Source: an uncultured Planctomycetales bacterium (GTDB lineage: Bacteria; Planctomycetota; Phycisphaerae; UBA1845; PWPN01). Taken from it: DNA of 61,552 nt. Made by a program: the position numbers and the translations under genes. Below the pieces are notes generated by a model. That model saw only the letters and a list, made by a program, of their open reading frames with translations, was not told where the DNA came from and searched no databases. Shown here one piece after another: positions 28,786-37,726 of this stretch; positions within the stretch are counted from its first letter, which is position 1, and every line of letters begins with the position of its first letter. The stretch covers positions 1 to 61,552 of the forward strand of contig CAZXSA010000001.1 in assembly GCA_964642815.1 (NCBI GenBank), given 5' to 3'.

Positions 28786-29256
28786 ATGACCACCACCAGT
28801 GTTCATCGCAGGCTTCTTTCGCACGGACTGACCATCGTGGAAATTCTCATCGTGGTCATCGTGCTGGGCATCGTGGCCTTCGCGGTGGTCCCGCGCTTCA
28901 GTAAGGCCGCGGGCGATGCCGAGGATATCCAACTGAAAAATCATCTCGAGGTCGTTCGCCGACAGATCGAGTTGTATCGCATCGAGCACGGCGGGCAATA
29001 CCCCACGGCGACAACCGAGGAAGAGTTTCTCGAGCAAATGCTTCAGCGGAATGAATCCGACGGTTCGGCCGCCAACGTGCCGTCTACGAATTCGGATCAC
29101 GGCCCCTATTTGCCGGATATTCCGATCAACCCCTACACGGGGGGAAAGAGGATCACCTGCGGCGGCCACCCGGGCGAGGTAGCCGGCGACTGGCATTACG
29201 ACCCGGTTACCGGCCATTTCCGGGCCAATCGCCCCGCCGAAAAGGTCCATTATTAG
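28786..29256 (+). CDS. prepilin-type N-terminal cleavage/methylation domain protein (type IV pilin / T2SS pseudopilin-like)
   Basis: Track ORF trimmed to Met45. MTTTSVHRRLLSHG|LTIVEILIVVIVLGIVAFAVVPRF is a class III signal with the conserved Glu at +5 of the mature end. Confidence 0.75.
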   Translation: MTTTSVHRRLLSHGLTIVEILIVVIVLGIVAFAVVPRFSKAAGDAEDIQLKNHLEVVRRQIELYRIEHGGQYPTATTEEEFLEQMLQRNESDGSAANVPSTNSDHGPYLPDIPINPYTGGKRITCGGHPGEVAGDWHYDPVTGHFRANRPAEKVHY

Positions 29257-29293
29257 TTTGCCGGCCTCACGAAAAACAAAATGATCGGGTTCG

Positions 29294-29332
29294 CCAGACC
29301 GTCAGGGGGGAACGGTCTGGCGTCCTGTTTTT
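29294..29332 (+). terminator. putative intrinsic terminator after the pilin gene
   Basis: 9-bp stem CCAGACCGT / ACGGTCTGG (29294..29302, 29312..29320), followed 7 nt later by TTTTT. The T-run is not directly adjacent, so confidence is moderate. Confidence 0.45.
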
Positions 29333-29654
29333 CTCCCCAACGACGATCATCCTGGGAGCATATCTTGCCGGCCGACGAAACAACGGCTTGGCCTACGCGC
29401 GCCGCGTCATCTGGACGGATAGCGTCTCGCCATTGAGTCAGGCCAACGGCAACAACCGCCTCGCGGTTATCCCGGACGTTTATTATGGGAACCTTTGTCG
29501 ATGAAGTCATTCGATAAAGCCTAATCCAATCAAGAGTTAAGGGGGCCCTCGGCGGCTCCGATACAAGGATAGCCCGTCTGGTCTTGCGCGCCCGGGGCGC
29601 ATGGCGGGTTGGTTTGCGGTCGGCGCATAACGCCGTCCGATCGAAGGGTGAAAT

Positions 29655-30791
29655 GTGGCTGCACCATTCCTACGGATACGCCGGCATGTCGGCCCCATCG
29701 GGCTCGATCTGGGAACCCATTTCTTGCGCATGGTCCAACTGGTCAATGAAGGCGAGCGTTTCGGGGTCGTGGGTTGCACGCAACAGATTGTCCCGTTGGA
29801 TATCAAATCCCGCGCCGAATATGAACTGATCGTCACGTCCAGCGTGACCCGCATGTTGGAGGAGGGACGTTTCGCGGGCCGCGAGGTCGTCACCGCGCTG
29901 GGCTGGAACGATCTGGAAATTCGTAACCTGCGAATCAACTCGACCGAACAGGAGGACATCGAGAACGAGGTCCGTCGCCAGGCGGAGGAACGCTTCGGCA
30001 TGGACCCGGTGGAGACGGAGTTTCGCTTCCTGCCGGCCGGCGATGTGCGGCAGGGAACGGATTTGCATCAGGAAGTGATTGTATTGGGCGCCGCTCGGTC
30101 AACGATCGAGGCCCATATCGCGCTGCTGGGCAAGCTGGGATTGAACCCGGTGGCCATTGACGCCGGGCCGTGTGCCCTGTTTCGAGGTTTCGAACGATTT
30201 CTCCGGCGCGACGAGGACGACCATCAGGTTCACGCTCTAGTGGATATGGGCTACGAGGCCACGCGGGTGGTCATGTCCCGAGGGACGGATTTGATATTGT
30301 TCAAGTCAATTCCGCTTGGTGGGCGGCATTTTGATCGCCTGTTGTGCGAGCAGCTCGATCTGAGTCGGTACGAGGCCTCCGAAATCCGCATGCGCGTTCA
30401 GGGACGCCGGAAGGATGGGGAAGCGGAGGGGCCGGAAGAAAGCGACCCTCCGCCCGAGAGCCTTCATCGAGCGGTGTTCGACGCATTGCGGCCGGCATTC
30501 GAGCAGATCGGCAAGGAGATCGCCTTATGCCTGCGCTATTGCTCGGCGACGTTCCGCGGGTTGCGCTGCGAGACGATCACGACGGTCGGCGGGCAGGCCG
30601 GCGATCAAGTCATGCGCGGATTTCTTGCCGACCAAGTGGGCCTGCCTTTCGAGGTGGGACGCCCGATGCGCAACATGATCCTGGATCGCGGCGGCCCCGC
30701 GCTGGACCGCCGGGCAAGCCAGCCGGAATGGGCTATGGCCGTCGGCCTGGCTTTGAAACCGCTGCATCGAACCGTTGAGGTGATGCGATGA
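29655..30791 (+). CDS. pilM: type IV pilus assembly protein PilM-like (actin-like ATPase fold)
   Basis: GTG start. IGLDLGTHFLRMVQL phosphate-1-like motif. Overall PilM length and pattern (VAIDAGPCALFRGF, ALVDMGYEATRVV). Confidence 0.8.
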   Translation: MAAPFLRIRRHVGPIGLDLGTHFLRMVQLVNEGERFGVVGCTQQIVPLDIKSRAEYELIVTSSVTRMLEEGRFAGREVVTALGWNDLEIRNLRINSTEQEDIENEVRRQAEERFGMDPVETEFRFLPAGDVRQGTDLHQEVIVLGAARSTIEAHIALLGKLGLNPVAIDAGPCALFRGFERFLRRDEDDHQVHALVDMGYEATRVVMSRGTDLILFKSIPLGGRHFDRLLCEQLDLSRYEASEIRMRVQGRRKDGEAEGPEESDPPPESLHRAVFDALRPAFEQIGKEIALCLRYCSATFRGLRCETITTVGGQAGDQVMRGFLADQVGLPFEVGRPMRNMILDRGGPALDRRASQPEWAMAVGLALKPLHRTVEVMR

Positions 30792-31339
30792 GGGAAATCG
30801 ATTTCTTACCGAGGAATTTTCGCCGAGCCGCCCGGTTACGGCAAACGCGTCGGCGACTGGCCGTTCTGGCCGGACTGGCGATGGTGTCCCTGGTGCTTCA
30901 TCTGACCTATGAAACGCGGGTGGACCGCGCCCTGGCGTCGTCGTCCGGTTTGTCCGGAGATCGTTTCGGTGACTTGGCGGCGACGGCGCCCCTGCTCGGC
31001 CCTGAACCGGCGAACTCCGACAAGCCAGCCGACCTCGACTCTCGTGTTGCCCGGGCGGAACAGGCCATCCTCCGCCTCATGAACAACGAGTATCAATTAC
31101 GCTGCATGTCTTTTGAAACCGGAAACAAAGTGGGCTCCGACGCGACCCTTCTCCATGGACGCATACAGGCTGTCGCGAAAAGTGAGTTGTCGGTCGGCAT
31201 CCTCATGGGCCGACTCGCGGCCTGTCCGTTCTTCAAGGAGATGCATCTGAATGAGCTACGGGAGGTCCGCGAGGCCGGTCGGCCAATGCGGGAATTTGAA
31301 CTGACTTGCACCTTGAACCTGGACGGGTTCTCGAAATGA
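30788..31339 (+). CDS. pilN: PilN-like bitopic membrane protein
   Basis: MREIDFLPRNFRRAARLRQTRRR, then a single TM (LAVLAGLAMVSLVLHL), as in PilN (INLLP-type N-terminus). 4-nt ATGA overlap with pilM. Confidence 0.6.
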   Translation: MREIDFLPRNFRRAARLRQTRRRLAVLAGLAMVSLVLHLTYETRVDRALASSSGLSGDRFGDLAATAPLLGPEPANSDKPADLDSRVARAEQAILRLMNNEYQLRCMSFETGNKVGSDATLLHGRIQAVAKSELSVGILMGRLAACPFFKEMHLNELREVREAGRPMREFELTCTLNLDGFSK

Positions 31340-32907
31340 TAGCCGACGAAAAGGTTGCCACGGGCATGCGCATGGCCGCGGAGCATCATCACGATCTCCT
31401 CAAAGGACGGGGCCTGATCGGGGCGGACGTCTCCAAGCCGGTGTTTTCCATTACCCGGCTGACCTATCTCACCCTGGGGCTGCTGGTTCTGGTGGCGGCG
31501 ACCTCGGTCGGCGGTATCTTCGGAATTATCCATAAGGGCGCGCCGCTCGAATATCTGGTGGTCTGGTGTGCCTGCGGTTCGCTGGTGGTCATGGCCATCG
31601 TCATGCTGCTGCTGGGCAAGTTCATGACCCAGCGCGCGCTGCTCGTCGTCGAGGAACGACTGCGTCGTCTGATTCGGGAGGACCGTCTGGACGCTTTGGA
31701 CGTTTCGGTCCCCGACGATCTGCAACCGGTCATGTCCGCCCTGAGCCAATACGTCGAACAGGTGCGCGAGCGCATGGATCGGCTGCGGGTCCGAAAAAAG
31801 GAATTGGACATCCAGATGCGGGCGGCCGAAACGGAGCGACGCAACAGCGAAGCCATCATTCTCAGCCTCAACGAGGCGGTACTGGTCATCGACGCGTTCG
31901 GCGATCTGGTTCTGGCGAACGCGGCCGCCGAGGAAATGTTTTCGTTTCAACTGGCCGCCCGTCGCCATCGGCCCTTGGAGCAAATCCTCGCGGACGGCTC
32001 CCTGGTCGATCTGATCAAGGCGGCGCGCGAGCAAACCGAGCGCGGTCCGTACCGACACGTGGAATACGCCGCCTGCCGTGACGGCCAGGGGCGGACCTTT
32101 CACATCACCCTGGCCCGGATGGCCGACCCCGAGGGCCGGCCGGGCGGCGTGGTGGCCATCTTTCATGATATCACCCACGAGCGCCAGGCCGCTCAGATCA
32201 AGGCCGATTTCGTCTCCGCGGTCTCCCATGAGTTACGTACCCCGCTATCCAGCATCAAGGCGTATATCGAGATGCTGCAAGACGGCGAGGCCCGCGACGA
32301 GACCGCCCGCCGTTCTTTCCTGCAGATCATCGCGGAGGAAACCGCCCGCCTGCAACGATTGATCGAGAACATTTTGAACATATCGCGCATCGAGTCCGGC
32401 CTGATCCAGGCCTGTCCGGAGTTGATCCAGCCTCAAACGGTGATTCGGACCATCCTGGATACACTTGCCCCGCAGGCCAGGGAAAAAAATGTCCGGCTGG
32501 AGGAGCATCTGGGCACCGGCCTTCCCTCCATCTGGGCCGACCGGGACATGCTCCACCGCGCGGTGCTCAACGTCATCGGTAACGCCTTGAAATACACGCC
32601 GACGGGCGGACGGGTTCGGGTGAGTACGGATGTGGACACCGAGCGAAATCACTACGTGATCACCATCGAGGACAACGGAATTGGCATCCCCACCGGGGAT
32701 TTGGATCGTATTTTCGACAAGTTCTATCGCAGCAAGCAAGCCACCGCGGTGGCCAAGGGTACGGGCCTCGGCCTGAACCTGGTCAAACATATCGTGGAAA
32801 GCGTGCACCAAGGCGCAATCTCCGTGACCAGCGAGCCGGGCGCGGGAACCAGCATGATTCTTAGATTACCTTTATCGCCGCAACCAACAACGAGGAACCA
32901 GCCATGA
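31336..32907 (+). CDS. sensor histidine kinase (two TM, PAS, HisKA, HATPase_c)
   Basis: Start set at Met11 of the track ORF so that its ATG overlaps the pilN stop (ATGA). H-box FVSAVSHELRTPLSSIKAYIEML, N-box VIGNALKYTP, G-boxes DNGIGIP and GTGLGLNLVKHIV. Confidence 0.85.
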   Translation: MIADEKVATGMRMAAEHHHDLLKGRGLIGADVSKPVFSITRLTYLTLGLLVLVAATSVGGIFGIIHKGAPLEYLVVWCACGSLVVMAIVMLLLGKFMTQRALLVVEERLRRLIREDRLDALDVSVPDDLQPVMSALSQYVEQVRERMDRLRVRKKELDIQMRAAETERRNSEAIILSLNEAVLVIDAFGDLVLANAAAEEMFSFQLAARRHRPLEQILADGSLVDLIKAAREQTERGPYRHVEYAACRDGQGRTFHITLARMADPEGRPGGVVAIFHDITHERQAAQIKADFVSAVSHELRTPLSSIKAYIEMLQDGEARDETARRSFLQIIAEETARLQRLIENILNISRIESGLIQACPELIQPQTVIRTILDTLAPQAREKNVRLEEHLGTGLPSIWADRDMLHRAVLNVIGNALKYTPTGGRVRVSTDVDTERNHYVITIEDNGIGIPTGDLDRIFDKFYRSKQATAVAKGTGLGLNLVKHIVESVHQGAISVTSEPGAGTSMILRLPLSPQPTTRNQP

Positions 32908-33293
32908 AAAGGATTCTGGTGGCCGACGACGAAACCCACATTCTTAATGTGGTGTCGATCAAACTCAGTAACGCCGGGTACCAGGTGGAGACGGCCGAGG
33001 ACGGCGCCGAGGCGTACCGCGCGGCCAAGGCCAATCCGCCGGATTTGCTGATTACCGATTATCAGATGCCCAACCTCAGCGGAGTGGAGTTATGCGCGAA
33101 ACTGGCGGCCGATCCGCCAACTCGGACGATCCCGGCCATATTGCTGACCGCCCGGGGTTATAGCATTTCTCCCCAGGACAAGGCCTCATCCGGCATCCGC
33201 CGGGTCATCGACAAGCCGTTCAGCCCGCGCGAGGTGTTGGCCTGCGTCGAGGAAATTCTTGCCGACATGCCGATGGCCACGGTCGGCGCTTGA
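32904..33293 (+). CDS. single-domain response regulator (REC)
   Basis: RILVADDE, phospho-acceptor context LLITDYQMPNLSG, and conserved K in IDKPF. ATGA overlap with the kinase. Confidence 0.85.
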   Translation: MKRILVADDETHILNVVSIKLSNAGYQVETAEDGAEAYRAAKANPPDLLITDYQMPNLSGVELCAKLAADPPTRTIPAILLTARGYSISPQDKASSGIRRVIDKPFSPREVLACVEEILADMPMATVGA

Positions 33294-34987
33294 AGAGGTG
33301 TTGCGTGAGCCGTGGGGCCCGATTGTTAAAGAACAAGGCGAGCGAAACGGAGCGAGTCTATTCCTCGGTTTTCCCTCGCTACGCCGAGCCGTGGGGCCGG
33401 CTGGGACTCTGGCTTTCGTTATGGGACGAGGCGGGCGAATGGGTCATATCCGATCTGCCCGGCACGGATCCGTTCTGGGTTACCCTGCGTAGACATGCCC
33501 CCCGATTGCTCGGCCGGATGCGGGACTTGGCCGGCTGCGCAGGACAGGCTCCGACTCCACTGGTCGAGCTTGAGGCGGGTAGTGGACTGCTGGCCATCGT
33601 GTTGCCCGTCCGCATGCGCGGAAAACCGCCGCACTGTCTGTTGGTCTGCGCCAAGACGACGGACTTCGGGGAACAGGAAAGCTTTTTCCGCTTCTGCGAC
33701 CGTCATGAAATGGATCCGATCTTTCTGCGTAAACTGTCCGAGCAGGTTCCCGCCTATTCCCTCGAAACCTTGTCCGCTTATGCGGGTATCCTCCAGCAGC
33801 AGATGGTCGATTTCGACGCGTCGCTCCGGGCCCGGGGCGACATTCATGACTTGTCCGATCAATTGGCCCGCGCTTACGAAACCCTCAGCCTGCTCTATCG
33901 GGTCAGCGGAGACTTGAGCCTTGCCCATCGGCCGCGGGCTTATCTGGAAAAACTCTGCCGTGAACTGCTCGGCGTTACCGTCGTACGCGGGTTTGCCGGC
34001 GTGCTCGAACCACCTCACGATCTGCCCCTGCCCCCCATGGTGGTCACCTCCGGCGAGCTCAACGTCGATGAGGCGGAAATCCTCAAGCTTTATCACCAAA
34101 TCGTAACCCAGCAGCGGACCGACCAGAGGTTTTGCGTAGTGAACCGCGTCCGCGACGATAAGGCCTATGCCTGGACCTCGGCCTGGCTGGAACAATTTGT
34201 CTATTTCCCGCTGGCCCGAGCGAACTATCGCTATGGCGCGCTCCTGGCCATCAATCAAATCAACGGAGATGATTTCGGCTCCGAGGAGGTTCAGCTTATT
34301 AATACGGTGGTCGAGCGCAGCGCGGCCTTTCTCGAAAACGTCCGTCTGTTCGACGACCTCGAGCAACTGTTCATGGGGATGCTTCACGCCCTGGTCAACA
34401 GCGTCGATGCCAAGGATCCGTATACCTGCGGCCATTCGCAACGGGTCGCCTGGTTGAGCCGGCACATCGCGGGACTGGCCGACATCCCCGAGCCGCAACG
34501 ACAGCGTGTCTACCTCAGCGGCCTACTGCACGACGTGGGTAAGATCGGCATTACCGACGCCCTGCTAGGCAAGACGGGGCGGCTGACCGCCGACGAATAC
34601 GAGGAGATCAAGCGCCACCCGGTGATCGGGGCCCGTATTCTCGAGGGAATGAAACAGGTCGAGGATTTGGTCCCCGGAGTGCTCTACCACCATGAACGAA
34701 TCGACGGCAAGGGCTACTCGGCCGGATTAAGCGGCAACGGCATTCCCTTATTCGGCCGCGTGGTCGGGCTCGCCGACAGCCTGGACGCCATGACCACCAA
34801 TCGGACCTATCGCGCCGCCCTGCCGCTTCAACTGGCCATCGCGGAAATCCGCCGGTTTTCAGGCACTCAATTTGACCCGCAACTGGTTGACCTCCTGCTC
34901 CAGGATGACTGGGCCACGCTGTTCCGCAAGCTGCCGGCCTCCAACCGTCCGCCTCACGGACAGGGTGTTTTCGAAATCGGGCATTGA
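33290..34987 (+). CDS. GAF-like + HD-GYP domain protein (putative c-di-GMP phosphodiesterase)
   Basis: HSQRVAWLSRHIA, LLHDVGKIG and YHHERIDGKGYSAG (GYS variant of GYP). TTG start overlapping the REC stop (alternative GTG at 33305). Confidence 0.85.
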   Translation: MKRCCVSRGARLLKNKASETERVYSSVFPRYAEPWGRLGLWLSLWDEAGEWVISDLPGTDPFWVTLRRHAPRLLGRMRDLAGCAGQAPTPLVELEAGSGLLAIVLPVRMRGKPPHCLLVCAKTTDFGEQESFFRFCDRHEMDPIFLRKLSEQVPAYSLETLSAYAGILQQQMVDFDASLRARGDIHDLSDQLARAYETLSLLYRVSGDLSLAHRPRAYLEKLCRELLGVTVVRGFAGVLEPPHDLPLPPMVVTSGELNVDEAEILKLYHQIVTQQRTDQRFCVVNRVRDDKAYAWTSAWLEQFVYFPLARANYRYGALLAINQINGDDFGSEEVQLINTVVERSAAFLENVRLFDDLEQLFMGMLHALVNSVDAKDPYTCGHSQRVAWLSRHIAGLADIPEPQRQRVYLSGLLHDVGKIGITDALLGKTGRLTADEYEEIKRHPVIGARILEGMKQVEDLVPGVLYHHERIDGKGYSAGLSGNGIPLFGRVVGLADSLDAMTTNRTYRAALPLQLAIAEIRRFSGTQFDPQLVDLLLQDDWATLFRKLPASNRPPHGQGVFEIGH

Positions 34988-35020
34988 CAACGGACCCAAA
35001 GCCCCCAAGAATCCCACTCT

Positions 35021-35953
35021 ATGCCCGTGGATTTACGCCATCCCCCCGTGTTTCGTTACTCCGGACCAATCATCGACGCCCATTGCCATTTCACCACCCC
35101 CGACGCCACGGAACGAATGATCCAGGCGGGAACCCTGTATGGAGTCTCCCAATGGGTCGGGATTTGCCGGGTTGAGGAAGTGCCCGCCTTTCGCGAACGG
35201 TTCGGCGACCGGGCGGCATTCACGATATGGATCGATCATGAACTGGCGACCGACTCGCCCGCCTTTTTGCGAACCCAACTGGACATCATTCATCGTGCAG
35301 TCGAGGCCGGCGGCCGCTGCATGAAATTCTGGTACAAACCGGAATATAACCACCGAAGCGGGCTCTTTTTCGACCACCCGTGCCTGGATCCGATTTTCCG
35401 GACCATCGAGGAGGCCGGCCTGGGCGTGCTGGTGCATATCGCCGATCCCGACGTCTGGTGGCGGCACCGCTATTGTGACCCGGCCAAGTACGAGGCCAAG
35501 CGGTTCACCTTTCGCCAGTTGACCAATACCCTGGAACGTTTCGGCCGGTTGCGAGTGCTCGTCGCCCACTTGGGCGGCTGGCCGGAAAATCTTCCTTTTC
35601 TTGAGAATTTGTTGAACCGGTATCCCAACTGCCATCTGGACACGTCGGGTACGAAATGGATCGCGCGTGAATTGTCCGCCAAACCGGCCGAGTCCCGCGA
35701 TTTTATCATTCGCTACGCCGATCGGCTGCTGTTCGGCAGCGACCTCGTGGCCTGGGAGCACGCCGACCTTGATCACCACTGTTCGCGCTACTGGGTACAT
35801 CGCCATCTTTACGAACAACGATACAGCGTGCCTTCGCCGATAGAAGACCCGGATGCCGTCGGCCCGGTTCAGGTGACCGGCTTGGATTTACCCGATTCGG
35901 TTTTGCGAAGGCTTTATCTGGAAAACGCCCGCCGTTTTTATCGGCTGGCGTGA
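35021..35953 (+). CDS. amidohydrolase-family metal-dependent hydrolase (TIM barrel)
   Basis: IIDAHCHF N-terminal His pair, internal VLVHIAD and VAHLGG, and C-terminal LLFGSD, as in Amidohydro_2 proteins. Confidence 0.65.
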   Translation: MPVDLRHPPVFRYSGPIIDAHCHFTTPDATERMIQAGTLYGVSQWVGICRVEEVPAFRERFGDRAAFTIWIDHELATDSPAFLRTQLDIIHRAVEAGGRCMKFWYKPEYNHRSGLFFDHPCLDPIFRTIEEAGLGVLVHIADPDVWWRHRYCDPAKYEAKRFTFRQLTNTLERFGRLRVLVAHLGGWPENLPFLENLLNRYPNCHLDTSGTKWIARELSAKPAESRDFIIRYADRLLFGSDLVAWEHADLDHHCSRYWVHRHLYEQRYSVPSPIEDPDAVGPVQVTGLDLPDSVLRRLYLENARRFYRLA

Positions 35954-36320
35954 AGACCAACTCACAACCGGCCCCCTATCCGTACTGTCCACCGGCCCCG
36001 CGCAAGCGACGCCATCGAATTCGCGACCTGCAATGCACTCACGGCCTCATGGCCCCAGCGGGGCCATGAAATGTAGCCGCGGGCGGAACGCAGCCCGTGT
36101 ACTCGCGGGCGAAGCATAGCCCGTGGTAGGCAATTTGTTCCTTCCTTGCCCTGAAAGGGCAAAGGAAACTTTGGCCAAGAGTGGCATGGGCAGGCCCTTG
36201 TCGCGCGATAGCGGGACAAGGATTTGCCCGTGCTTTCGCGGCCAGAGCACAATTCGGATGGTGGCATGGCTCAGGTCCGGTACTCCGGATTCCGCCCGTG
36301 TGATACAGTAAAGCCCACGT

Positions 36321-36441
36321 TCATCCTTCATCCCTCATCCCTCATCCTTCATCCCTCATCCTTCATCCCTCATCCCCCATCCCTCATCCCTCATCCCCCA
36401 TCCCTCATCCTTCATCCTTCATCCCTCATCCTTCATCCTTC
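36321..36441. repeat. heptanucleotide microsatellite (TCATCCY)x17
   Basis: 17 head-to-tail heptamers read directly: cct ccc ccc cct ccc cct ccc ccc ccc ccc ccc ccc cct cct ccc cct cct endings. Two units are the variant CCATCCC. Confidence 0.9.
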
Positions 36442-36535
36442 TTACAAGGCCCCCCACTGCTTGACGGTCGTAAGCCCATCCGGTACCTTACGATATAGTC
36501 CCTCAAGGCAACCCGATCATTGACGGAATGCCTGA

Positions 36536-36619
36536 GCCCGGGTGGCGGAACTGGCAGACGCGCATGGTTGAGGGCCATGTAGCCGCAAGGCTGTGGAGGT
36601 TCGAGCCCTCTCCCGGGCA
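36536..36619 (+). tRNA. tRNA-Leu (anticodon GAG), type II with long variable arm
   Basis: Manual fold. Acceptor GCCCGGG/CCCGGGC, D arm GCGG...CGC, anticodon stem CATGG/CCATG with loop TTGAGGG, long variable arm TAGCCGCAAGGCTGT, T arm GGAGG-TTCGAGC-CCTCT, discriminator A. Aligns position by position with E. coli tRNA-Leu. Confidence 0.9.
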
Positions 36620-36628
36620 TCCTCAATA

Positions 36629-36655
36629 ACCCCCTGATCCGATCGGGGGTTTTTT
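36629..36655 (+). terminator. putative intrinsic terminator after tRNA-Leu
   Basis: ACCCCC...GGGGGT stem (36629..36634 / 36645..36650), followed directly by a T-run (36650..36655). Confidence 0.55.
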
Positions 36656-36745
36656 GCGTTTTACAGCGTATACCATGCCGCCGCTCTTGAGTCCGGCCCA
36701 AACCTCAAGCTCCGTACCCATAGCCCAAACCCATAGTCCCGAATT

Positions 36746-37248
36746 CAATCCCAACGGGATTGCATATCCCAGCCCAGGGTCGCGGCGTAGCCGCCACCCT
36801 GGGAACCGTACGTCGCACCACCCCTCAACCCCAACGGGGTTGCGTATTTCCCGGACGCCGGACCCGCCGCCCCATCGACGCAACCCCGTTGGGGTTGTCA
36901 TGGTGGTTAATGCCACCATTACCCAGGGTAGCGACTGCGCCGCAACCCTGGGCTATGTTACGTAGCCCCTACGGGGCAATATCAACGCCGCATCACCCCG
37001 CCAATCCCAAAGGGATTACGTATCCTAGCGCCCAAGGTTGCGGCGCAGCCGCTACCTTGGGAAACCGATCATACACCATATCATCAATCCCAAAGGGATT
37101 GTTTATCCTAGCCCAAGGTTGCGGCGCAGCCGCTACCTTGGGAAACTGCCAATCCCAACGGGATTGTGTACAATAGCCCAGGGTCGCGGCGCAGCCGCCA
37201 CCCTGGGTCATAGAGGTTGTAAACATATTTTCAACCCCAACGGGGTTG
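36746..37248. repeat. array of REP-like composite palindromic elements
   Basis: Short hairpins CAAYCCC-AAN-GGGRTTG at 36746, 36827, 36881 (inverted, GTT loop), 37003, 37085, 37150 and 37232. Long hairpins CCCARGGT-N-GCGGC-NNN-GCCGC-N-ACCYTGGG at 36773, 36922, 37031, 37112 and 37177. One more short hairpin lies at about 37728, after the RAYT gene. Confidence 0.8.
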
Positions 37249-37270
37249 CGTTGATAAAGAGACAGACCCG

Positions 37271-37726
37271 ATGCCACAATCATTGTCGGCCGTTCATATT
37301 CATTTAGTGTTTTCAACGAAAGATCGCGAGCCCTTCTTGCGGGATATGGAAATCCGAACAGAGATGCATGCCTATTTAAGCGGGATATCGAAGAAGTTAG
37401 ATTGTATACCCGTAATCGTGGGGGGCACCGAAGATCATGTCCATCTTTTATGCCGATTGGCCCGGACCATCACCCAGGCCGATTGGGTTAAGGAAGTTAA
37501 ACGAGTTTCCAGCATCTGGATCAAACAACGTGACTCGGCGTCATCAGCGTTTGCCTGGCAGGGAGGATATGGAGCGTTTTCGGTCAGCACATCGGCCATA
37601 GACCAAACCTGTGCATACATCAAAGGTCAGCCGGAGCATCACCAAAAACAAACCTTTCAAGACGAATACCGGGCATTTCTCCGTAAACATAACATGGAAT
37701 GGGACGAACGATTTGTATGGGAATGA
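37271..37726 (+). CDS. REP-associated tyrosine transposase (RAYT)-like Y1/HUH protein (IS200-like fold, COG1943-type)
   Basis: SAVHIHLVFSTKDREPFL, HUH motif in EDHVHLLCRL, and Tyr context WQGGYGAFSVS, which is homologous to WARGYCVSTVG of the IS200 TnpA at 6698..7126. Flanked by REP-like hairpins. Confidence 0.75.
   Translation: MPQSLSAVHIHLVFSTKDREPFLRDMEIRTEMHAYLSGISKKLDCIPVIVGGTEDHVHLLCRLARTITQADWVKEVKRVSSIWIKQRDSASSAFAWQGGYGAFSVSTSAIDQTCAYIKGQPEHHQKQTFQDEYRAFLRKHNMEWDERFVWE

Noticed and set aside
29253-29510. 85-aa minus-strand ORF between the pilin and pilM genes
   Set aside because: No motif and no SD. It overlaps the predicted pilin terminator hairpin. It was kept as unannotated intergenic sequence.
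31093-34498. Minus-strand ORFs 31093..32229 and 33419..34498
   Set aside because: They are antisense to the histidine kinase and the HD-GYP gene. They show no domain signatures and a compositional bias typical of shadow frames.
36224-36523. ORF encoding HPSSLILHPSS... repeats
   Set aside because: The repeat peptide is simply the translation of the heptanucleotide microsatellite, whose 7-nt period cycles through all three frames. It has no start context and runs into the tRNA-Leu upstream region.
36746-37248. Possible CRISPR array
   Set aside because: The repeats are strongly palindromic and of two alternating types, in mixed orientation, with irregular short spacing (about 10-60 nt). No cas genes are present. 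The neighbouring gene is a Y1 transposase, which fits a REP/RAYT system.
36654-37316. Several overlapping ORFs on both strands with repeated AAATLG / NPNGI peptides
   Set aside because: They are produced by translating the REP-like palindromes. Both strands give similar peptides, as expected for inverted repeats, not for genes.
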